Below are positions 32,593 to 42,600 of a DNA stretch of 64,000 nt, piece after piece. A program made the translations under genes and the position numbers. The DNA comes from Alphaproteobacteria bacterium (GTDB lineage: Bacteria > Pseudomonadota > Alphaproteobacteria > UBA828): positions 896,001 through 960,000 of the forward strand of contig CAXXMU010000006.1 of NCBI GenBank assembly GCA_963667785.2. Direction: 5' to 3'. Under the pieces are notes generated by a model that was given only the letters and a program-made list of their open reading frames with translations, had not been told where the DNA came from and made no database searches. Position 1 is the stretch's first letter. Each line of letters begins with the position of its first letter.

Positions 32593-32672
32593 CGTACCCG
32601 GCCGGCGCGGGCGCATTTGATGCCGGTCCTCTCTCCACGGAGCACTGCCGCCCGCCAATCGCTCAGCGTGCC

Positions 32673-33572
32673 ATGACGACCGACGCGGTGTACGAGCTCC
32701 CCGAGCCTCTATCGGTGCTCGATGTCCGTCTCGACGCCGATACCGTCACCACCCTGCGTCAGCACGGCAATCCGTCCGGCCCGCGAATCGTCGTGAGCCA
32801 CGGCAGCGGGCTCGCCGTCGATCTCTATTTCCCGTTCTGGTCGTTGCTCGCGGACGATTTCGACCTGATGGTCTACGACCTCAGGAACCACGGCTGGAAT
32901 GACGTCGGCGCCCAAAGGCACCACAACATTCCGACCCTGATTCACGATCACGATCTAATTCTCGAGGCCATCGACCGCGACTATGGCAGCAAGCCGACCA
33001 TCGGCATCTTTCACTCCCTCACCACGCTCGTCGCCCTTCTTTCGTTCAGCAAGCTCTATGCCGCACTGGTTCTGTTCGACCCGCCCCTCACCAAGCCCGG
33101 CGAGAGTCAGATAGAGCTTCACGATGCTGCCGAGCGCGCGGCCGCCATGATTCGGAAGCGAGGGCATCGCTTCAAGAAGCGGGAGGACTATGTCCAACTG
33201 CTCGGCATTTTCCCGACCTTCAAGCGAGCCGTTCCCGGCGTGCACGAGCTCATGGCGCAGACGACGCTTCGGCCATCCGCAAGCGGCGAGGAATTCGAGC
33301 TTCGCTGCCCGCGCGAATACGAAGCGCAGCTCATGGACTATGCGCGGAGCTTCTTCCCGCTGCTGGATCTCGACCTGCTTGCCTGCCCCACGAAAATCAT
33401 CGGCGCGGACCCGACGCTTCCGCACGCGTATCTGCCGACGCTCGATCAGCGGGTGGCCTCGGCCATGGACTACGATTTCATCCCGGAGGCGACGCACTTT
33501 CTTCAACTGGAAAAGCCTGCCGAGTGCGTGGCCGTGACCCGCGAGTTCATCGCGCGGCACGGGCTCTCCTAG
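32673..33572 (+). CDS. Alpha/beta hydrolase (SupD/E-like, possible thioesterase)
   Basis: SHGSG oxyanion, YDLRNHG, nucleophile IFHSL, ATHFLQLE. Confidence 0.85.
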   Translation: MTTDAVYELPEPLSVLDVRLDADTVTTLRQHGNPSGPRIVVSHGSGLAVDLYFPFWSLLADDFDLMVYDLRNHGWNDVGAQRHHNIPTLIHDHDLILEAIDRDYGSKPTIGIFHSLTTLVALLSFSKLYAALVLFDPPLTKPGESQIELHDAAERAAAMIRKRGHRFKKREDYVQLLGIFPTFKRAVPGVHELMAQTTLRPSASGEEFELRCPREYEAQLMDYARSFFPLLDLDLLACPTKIIGADPTLPHAYLPTLDQRVASAMDYDFIPEATHFLQLEKPAECVAVTREFIARHGLS

Positions 33573-33615
33573 GGCGGGTTCGAGCGTCGCTCCGGCCGCC
33601 GCACGAGGAGCACGC

Positions 33616-36600
33616 TCAGGCCGGGGCCGCCGCCTGCGTCCCGAGCTTCCTGAGCCAGTGGCGCCGCCGCTGGAAGGGATAGCCTGGCAGCGAGATGCGG
33701 CGCCGCGTCTCGCCCGCAAACAGCCCCGCGAAGGAAACCGGCAGCCCCGCCTCGTAGGCGGCGGCCACCGCGGCCACGAACCCTGTGTCTCCTGATGCCG
33801 ACCGCCCGGACTCGCCGGCAGGCGGCGGGGTCAGGCTTGCGCTCGTCGTCGGCGCATTCGCCGAAGCCGGCCAGGCGCCGGCGAGCGCCGGTCCCAGCGC
33901 CGCTTGCGGGCCGAGCTCGATGACCACGTCTGCGCCCAGCGCCGCCAGGGCGCCCGCGCAACGCTCGAGCGGCGCCCGCTCCCGCGCCTGCCGCTCCCAG
34001 TACGCCGCATCCGGCGCAGTGCCGGGCTCGACCGGCCGGCCTGTCGCACCGCTTATCAGGCCGATCGAGGGCGGCGCGAGCGCGACACCCTCCAGCGCCG
34101 CTTCCGGATCGTCGCCTGCCGCGAGCCGCAGCCCGTCCTCGAGGCCCAGCACGCCGGCGGCCTGCGCCGCCGCGATCTCGCCTGCGCCCTCGCCGGCCAC
34201 CGCGCTCGGCCGGATGCCCACGCTCGACCAGAGCGCCATGAGCGCACACGCCAGCGCGTAAGTCGCGGGCCGCGACCATGCGGGGTCCTCCAGGGCGTTC
34301 GCCGGGCCGGACCGGGCGAACATCGCGTCGAGCAACGAGGCGCCCCGCGCCTCGCCAAGCGCCGCCTCGCAGCGGTCGAGCACCGCCCGCACCACCGGCT
34401 CGCTCTCGTAGAGCGCCTTGCCCATGCCCTGCCACTGGCTGCCCTCGCCGGGATAGACGAACGCGACCTTCCCCACGGTCGCCGTCTTCGCGGCTCCCCC
34501 GGTGCCCGCCACCGCCGTCAGTCGTTCCCGCAATGACGCCGCGTCGCAAAACACCACGCCCGCGCGACAAGCAAGATGGCTCCGCCCCACGCCTGCCGTC
34601 CATGCCATGTCCGAGAGCAGCGGACCGGAGGCGGCAGCGTCCGCCGCCAGATCGCCGGCGTGGTCGTCGAGCCACGCCAGATACCGCCCGGCCAGCGCCC
34701 TGACCGCCTCCTCGGACTTGCCCGAGAGCGGCAGAATACGGGTATCGCGCCCGGCGGACGCATCGTCCTCCGGCGACGGTTCCGCGACGGACTCCGGCAG
34801 GGAGGCCGCGACCGGCCGCGCCGGCCCCGCCGGCAGGTGCCCGTTCTCGCGTGGGCCGGCGGCGCCCTCGGCATCGGCGTATCCCTCCAGCACGACGTGG
34901 GCGTTCACCCCCGAAATCCCGAATGCGCTGACGCCGGCCCTCGGCGGCCGGTCGGGCGCGCGCGGCCAGTCCGCCGCCTCCGTGGTCACCCGCACCGGCA
35001 GCCGCTCCCACTCTATGAGCGGGCTCGGCGTGCGCAGGTGCAGGTGCTGCGGGATCACCCCCCGCGTCATCGCCAGCACCGCCTTGATGAGGCCGGCAAT
35101 GCCGGCGGCCGATTCGAGATGGCCGATGTTGGTCTTCACCGAGCCGATCAGCAGCGGACGATCGGCATCGCGTCCGCGGCCGTAGACCGCCGCCGCCGCC
35201 TGGACCTCGATGGGATCGCCGAAGGCGGAGCCCGCGCCGTGGGCCTCCAGGTAGTCCACCTCAGCCGGCGAAATGGCGGCCTGGGACAGCGCCTGCTCGA
35301 TCACCCGCTCCTGCGCTGGGCCGTTGGGGACCGTCGCGCCTGCGCTCGCCCCGTTCTGGTTGACCGCGGACCCGCGGATCACCGCCCAGATGCGGTCGCC
35401 GTCCGCTTCCGCCTCGGCGAGCCGCTTGAGGACAACCATCCCGCAGCCCTCGCCCCGCACGAAGCCGTCCGCGGCGGCATCGAAGCTCTTGCACACGCCG
35501 TCCCGCGAGAGCAGCCCGAGATCCGCCATCTCCCGGGTGATGGGGGCCGAGAGCACGGCGCTCACCCCGCCGACCAGGGCGAGGTCAGCCTCGCCGAGGC
35601 GCAGGCTCGTGACCGCCTGGTGCACCGCCACCAGCGACGACGCACAGTTCAGCTCGACCGGCATGGTGGGCCCGGCCAGGCCGAAGCGGAAGGCGAGGCG
35701 GCCGACCGCCATGCTCGCGGCGGTGCTCAGGTAGCCGATGCCGTAGTCGCCGCCCTTCATCAGGTCGCGGTACTCGCTGGTGGCGACACCGGCATAGACG
35801 CCGGTGCTGCTGCCCTTGAGCCCATCCGGATCGATTCCTGCGTCCTCGAGCGCCTGCCAGGTGGTCTCAAGCAGCATCCGCTGCTGCGGGTCCATTATCC
35901 GCGCCTCGATCGGTGAGATTCCGAAGAACCGCGCATCGAACTGATCGATCCCGTCGACGAATCCGGCGCGACCGAAGTCGGCATACTGGGCGGGCAGGTG
36001 CTCGACGAAATCCTCCCAGGGGCCGGCCTCGCGGCGCTCGTCCGTCACGGCATCGGCGCCGGCGTCGAGCTGGTTCCAGAAGCTCGGCAGGTCCGGGCCG
36101 CCGGGAAAGCGGCATGCCATGCCCACGATCGCGATGGCGTCCGCCGTGCCCTCGCCGTCGCGCCGCGCTGCCGCCACGGGCGCTGGCGCGGGCTGCGGCG
36201 CCGGCGCATCCGCTCCGACGATGTCGCCGAGCTCGCCCGTCAGGTGAGCGGCGAGCGCGGCTATGTCGGGGTAGTCGAACACCACGGTGTTGGAGGCCGT
36301 GTAGACGCCCCCGAACGCGCGGTTCAGGCGGTTGCGCAGCTCCACCGCCATCAGGGAATCCATGCCGAGGTCGAAGAACCCCACGGCGGGCGCCGGCGTC
36401 GTCGGCAGCCTCAGCACCGCCTTTACCTCGCCCTGCAGGAACGAGGCGAGCACCTCCTCGCGGGTCGCCGCAGGAGCCTCGCGCAGCCGGGCGAGCAGGT
36501 CGTCGGCGGAGGCATCGTCGGTGCCGTCGTCCGCGCCGTCGGACAGCAGGTCCTCCAGCAGCGGCGGGCGGGTTTCGAGGGATTCGCCGAACGCGACCCA

Positions 36601-39600
36601 GTCGCGCGCCACCACGACGCCGGTGGTGGCGTCCTCGCGCACCAGCCGGTCGAAGGCCCGAAGGCCCTGCTGCGGGGTGATCCACTCGATCCCGCCGGTC
36701 ACGGAGCGCCGGGTCATCCGCTCCCGCTGCTCCTCGGCCTCGCCGATCTCCGACCATGCGCCCCAGGCGATGGCCTGGCCCGGAAGCCCCAGCGCCTGCC
36801 GATGGGCGGCGAGCTGGTCGAGGAAGGCGTTGGCGGCTGCGTGGTTGGCCTGGCCCGGATTGCCGAGAACGCCGGCAACGCTGGAGAACAGCACGAACAT
36901 GTCGAGATCGCGGCCGGCGGTCGCCCGGTGCAGATGCCAGGCCCCCAGCATCTTCGGCCATAGCACCGTCTCGAACGTCTCCCAGCTCTGGTTGCCGATC
37001 GTGGCGTCCGACAGCACGCCGACGCTGTGGATGACGCCTGCGAGCGGCGGCAGGTCGGCGTCCATCCGGGCGAGCATCGCGTCGAGCGCGGCTGCGTCGG
37101 TCACGTCGGCGAGCTCCACCTGCACCGCGGCCCCCTGCCCGCGCAGCGCCTCGATCGCCGCCTCGACCTCGGGCTCGGGCGCCCGCCTGCCGTTGAGCAC
37201 GATGGCGCCGGCGCCGCGCTCCGCGAGCCAGCCGGCCACCGCGATGCCGATGCCGCCCAGCCCGCCGGTCACCAGATAGCTCCGGTCCTCGCGCAGCCGG
37301 CCCCTGGCGAGCGGCGAATTGGTGAAGATGATCTTGCCGATGTGGCGCGCGGCCTGCATGCACTTCATCGCGGACCCCGCCTCGGCCACGGGCCACCTGG
37401 CGTGGAGGAGCGGGGTCAGCTCGCCGGCCTCGAGCCGCGCCATCACGCGTCGCAGGATCTCGCCGGCCTTCGCGGGCTCTTCCTCCTTGAGAACGTCGAT
37501 CATGAGGATGGCGTAGGAGACGTCCGGCCGGAGCGCCGCCATCTCGTCCTCGCTCAGGATGTCCACCCTGCCCATTTCCACGAAGCGTCCGGCCTTGGCG
37601 AGGCACGAGAGGCTCGCCTCGATGTAGCCCTCGCCGGTCAGGCTGTTCAGCACCATGTCGACGCCGACGCCGCCCGTGGCCTCGAGGATGTCGCTGCCGA
37701 ACGCCGTCGTGCGGCTGTCGAATACGTGCGCCACGCCGAGCGAGCGCAGATAGTCGCGCTTGCGTGCGCTCGCGGTGGCGAACACCTCCGCGCCCGCCGC
37801 TTGGGCAAGCTGGATCGCCGCCAGCCCCACGCCGCCTGCGCCGGCATGAACCAGCACCCGGTCGCCGGCGTTCAGACCCGAAAGCTCGAACGAGAGCGCC
37901 GCCGAGACGAACGCCGTCGGGATCGTCGCAAGCTCGGTGACCGAGAACCCGGCCGGCGCCGGCACGATCATCTTTTCCAGGGTCACCGTCTCCGAGCCGT
38001 AGTTGCGGAAGGTCATGCCGACGACGCGGTCGCCCACGGCGACGCTCGTGACTCCCTCTCCCACCTCCAGCACCCGGCCGCAGAACTCGCCGCCCATGAA
38101 ATCGTCGACCAGGCCAATGGCGATGAACACGTCGCGGAAGTTGAGGCCGAAGGCCTCGATCGCGGCGCGGACCTCCCCCGGCTCCAGCGGCCGCTCCGGC
38201 ACCGGCACCACCTGAATGGCGTCGAGCGAGCCGCCGGCATCGGGCGCGAGCTCCCATCCCGGCTCCTCCGGCAGCGCCAGCCGGTCCGCGACGGCGGCGG
38301 CGCGGACCAGTCGGGCGCATTGGCGGCGGCCGAAGCGATAGGCGATGTGGGTCTCGTCATCGGGATAGAGCAGTTCGGTCGCGAGGTCGGTCGGCACCCA
38401 CGCATCGGCGGGATCGAGGTCGAGCATCCTCGGCTGCAGCCGGGGCGCTTCCCGCGCCGCCACCTTGCCCAGGCCCCAGAGCGTGGCGCCGGCCAGCTCG
38501 CCGCCGCGCTCCCGCTCCAGCACCTGAGCGCCGCGCGTCACGAACCAGAGGCCCTTCGACGGCGCCAGGTCGCTCTCAGCCAGCGCCTGCGTCAGCGCGA
38601 GCGCGCTTGCCGCCACGTGCTGCGCATCGGCCGCCATCTCGGCCGTGGTCGCCTGCGTGCCGTGGCCGTCCAGCCCGGCGAGATGCACCACGCCGGCAAG
38701 CGGCGGGTCGGCCGGCAGGTCGTCGAGCAGCGCGCGCCAGGAATCGCGATTCTCCGCCTCCACGGATTCGCTTGCGACACCGCTCGCCGCGTCCTCAGCG
38801 GCGCCGCGCGGGGCATCTCCGGCCAGCACCACCCGCTGGTTGTGCGCCGCCAGCTCGCGGGCCAACCCGTCCGCGACACCGCCCCGGTCGGCGGCCAGCA
38901 CCCAGACGCCGGGCGCCTCCGTCACCTCCGCCGGCCCCTGTGCCACGATCACGCCGCGGTCGGGGTTGGCGTCGGGGTCGGACTCGTCGAAGCCCAGGAT
39001 GGCCACGTCGCCGAAGCCGGCGTCGCCGAGGGCCTGCCGCCACACGGCAGGCGTCGCCAGCGCATGGTGCGGGCGGTAGTCGTCGGCGAAGCGCCACCAG
39101 CCGTCGAGCTGGCCGAAGGTCAGGTCCAGCCAGCCCTGGCTGCGCAGGTTCTCCAGCGCCACGAGCTGGCCGGAGGGCGCCAGCAGCGCGAGGCAGTGCG
39201 CCAGCGTCTCGTTCAGGTAGCGCGTGGCGTGCAGCACGTTGGACGCGATCACCAGGTCGTAGCCGTGGGCGTCGAAGCCCTGCTCCAACGGGTCCTTCTC
39301 GATGTCCAGCACCCGGTAGTCGATCGCCGCCTCGGCACCGCCGAAGCGCGATTCCGCCTCGGAGAAGAAGCCGGCGGAGATGTCCGTATAGATGAAGTCG
39401 TAGCCGCCAGCGGGAAGCTCGGGCAGCACCGCGGCGGTCGCCGAGCCGGTGCCGGCGCCCACCTCCAGCACCCGGAGCCGGCGCCCCGCCGGCAGGTCGC
39501 GCAACAGAGTCGCCGTCGCGTCCGCCAGCATCCGGTTCGCCGCGCGGGCCACCGGCGCCTTCAGGTAGAGATCGGCCGCCGTCGGCTCGCCGCTGCTGAA

Positions 39601-42600
39601 GAGCAGCGTGAGCGCATCCGCCTCGCCGCGCAGCACGTCCGCGAGCGCATTGGCGCTGCGCCGAAACAGCCCGATCTCGTTCGAGCCGTGGGCGTATTGC
39701 GCCGCCATCCGGCCCGCGAGGGTTTCCGTGTCGTCCGGCATGCCGTCGGGCAGCGGGTCTTCGGAGCCGACCGCAACGACGAACGCGCCGTCCGGCTCCT
39801 CCGTCAGCACGCCCGTCCTGGCCTGCATCTCGAGCAGCCGGCGGAAAAGGCGTACGTGCTCGTCACCCACCTTCAGCCTTTGCCGCAGGTCCTCGGAGTC
39901 CACCGACGCGCCGGCCTCCCGCTGCCAGCCGAGCCTGTCGAGCGTGGCCAGCGCATAGGCGTGCGACAGTTGCTCCAGGTCCGCCAGCAGGGCGGCCCGA
40001 TCGTCGGCCCCGACGCCCTCGTTCGCCAGATAGGCGGTGAAGAGGTCGGTCTCGGCCGTAACGTCGGATGGCGCGGTGAGGAAGTCGGCCGGCAGCACGC
40101 CGGGTGCCAGCGCGGCATCGCGCCAGACGACCTCGTAGAGAAGCTCGTCGATCCCTTCCACGGCCGCGAGCAGCGCCGCACGCGTCGCGCGCTTCACGGT
40201 GAAGCCGGCCAGCACCCCGATCGGCGCCCCGTCCGGCTCGTAGAGCAGGAGATCTGCGGCCTGGACCTCCGGCACGTCCCCGTTCTCCGCTTCCGCCGCC
40301 GCGCCCTCCGGGCCTTCCTTCATGCGCACGTGGCAGATCAGCCGCTCCGGCAGGCGGGCGGGCAGCCGGAGCCCGTCCCACGCGAAGGGTAGATAGGTGA
40401 TCCCCTCCTCGCCGCCATCGGCGCTGCGCGCCGCTCCGAAGACCTGGAAGCAGCCGTCCAGCAGCAGCGGATGCACGTCGAGCGCGCCGCTCTCCAGATC
40501 CGCCGGCAGCGCGACCTCGGCGATGGCCTCGCCCGGCCGCGCCCAGAGCGCCTCGATCGTGCGGAAGGACGGGCCGAGGTCGATCCCGACCGAGGCCTTG
40601 GCGCGGTAGTAGCCCGAGAGATCCACCGGCGAGAGAGCGGCCTTCAGGCCCTCGACATCGAGCGGGGCCGCGGCCGGCGCCGGGCCGGGCGGGCCGTCCG
40701 GGATGCGGCCCTCCGCGTGCAGTGTCCATCCGTCCTCGCCCTCGCCTCGGCTGAGGATGCGGACGCGACGCGACGCGCCGTCCTCATGGCCGTCGAGCAG
40801 CACCTGCACCCGCCGGCCCGCATCGGCGGCCCCGTCCTCGGCGTCTTCGTCCGGGAAGACCAGCGCGCTCTGCATCTGGAAGTCGTCGACGACCACCGCC
40901 TCGCTGCCCTCGGCGAGGGAGGCCGCCGCGGCCATGGCGCCATAGAGCGCGCCCGGCGCGATCAGCCGGCCGAAGACCCGATGGTCGGCGAGCCACGCCG
41001 GATCGGAGGGGAAGATTTCGGTGTCGAACGCGATCTCGCCGCTGGCGGACTCGTGGCGGCTGCCGAGCAACGGGTGGTCGCTTGCCTGCCGGCGCCGCTT
41101 CGGCATCTCGATCCAGTGCCGCTCGCGCTGGAACGGATAGCCCGGCAGCGCGACGCGGCGGCGCGTCTCGCCCGCGAAGAGCCCCGGAAATTCGAGCGGG
41201 AGCCCGGCTTCGTAGGCGCCCGCGACGGCGTCTGCGAAGCCGCCGCCGGAGCCCGGCGCCGGCGGCTCCTCGTCCTTCGACGGCCGAACGAGGCTCGAGA
41301 GGACCACCGGCGCGGGCCCGGCCGCCTCCGGCCACGCCATGGTCGTCATCGGCCCGAGCACGGCGTGGGGGCCGATCTCGATGACCGCATCCACGCCGAG
41401 CTCCGCCAGCGTCTCGATGCAGCCGCGGAAGGCCACCGTCTCGCGGGCCTGACGCCGCCAGTACGCCGCATCCGGCGCCTCGCCCTCTCCCAGCGGCCGG
41501 CCTGTCAGGTTGCTGACGAAGGTGAGCGACGGCGGCTGGAACGCGATCGTCGAGATCGCGGCTTCCAGATCGCCGAGTGCCGGCTCGATCATGGCGCTGT
41601 GGTAGGCCGGGCTCTTGCGCAGCCGCGCGACGCGCACCTCGTCGGCCTCGAAGCGCGCGAGCAGCGCCTCGATACCCGTCTTGGGCCCGCTCACCACCTG
41701 GTGGGCGCCATTGTCCGCGGCGATGCTGATGTCCGGCCCGTCGGAGGTCGCGTTCTGCTCGTCCAGCACCGGGGCGATGCGCGAAGCGGGCGCGAAGACG
41801 GCAGCCATGGCGCCCTCGCCGGGCAGCGCACCAATGAGGCTTCCCCGCGCCGCGGCGAAGCGCAGGCCCTCCTCCAGACCGAAGACGCCTGCGGTGTGCG
41901 CCGCCGCGATCTCCCCCAGGCTGTGCCCGATCACCACGTCCGGCCGGATGCCGATGCTGGCCCAGAGCGCCGCGAGCGCGCATTCGAGCGCGTAGATCGC
42001 CGGCTGCTTCCACTGCGGATCGTCCAAATCGCCTACAGCGCCGGGCCGGCCGAACATCACATCGAGCAGCGAGGCGCCGGCGCGGTCCTCCGCCAGCAGA
42101 GCGTCGCAGCGGTCGAGCACCGCGCGCACCACCGGCTCGCTGGCATAGAGCGCCGCGCCCATGCCGGGCCACTGGCTGGCCTGGCCGGTGTAGGCGAACG
42201 CGACCCTGGCCGCCGTCTGCGGGGCCGCCGGTTCGTCTCCCTCCTGCAGCGCCGCCAGGCCAACTCGCAGCGAGCCGTCGTCCTGGAACACCACGCCCCT
42301 GCGGTGGCTGAAGTGGCTGCGGCCCGCGGCAGCCGTCCAGGCCATGTCGGCGAGCGCGTCCGCGCCGGCGGCAGGCACGCCCGCCCACTCGTCGAGCCAC
42401 GCGAGATACCGCCCCGCGAGCGCGCGAAGCGCCCCGTCCGACTTGCCGGAGAGGGGCAGGACGCGTGTCAAGCGCGGGGCGGGCGCCGGCTCGGCCGTCG
42501 TCTCGCCGGCCACCGACGCCGGCAGGGAGATCGGGACCGCCTGCGCCGCGCCGACCGCCTCATGACCGTCGGCTGGCCGGGGCGGGGCGCCGTTCGGGGC

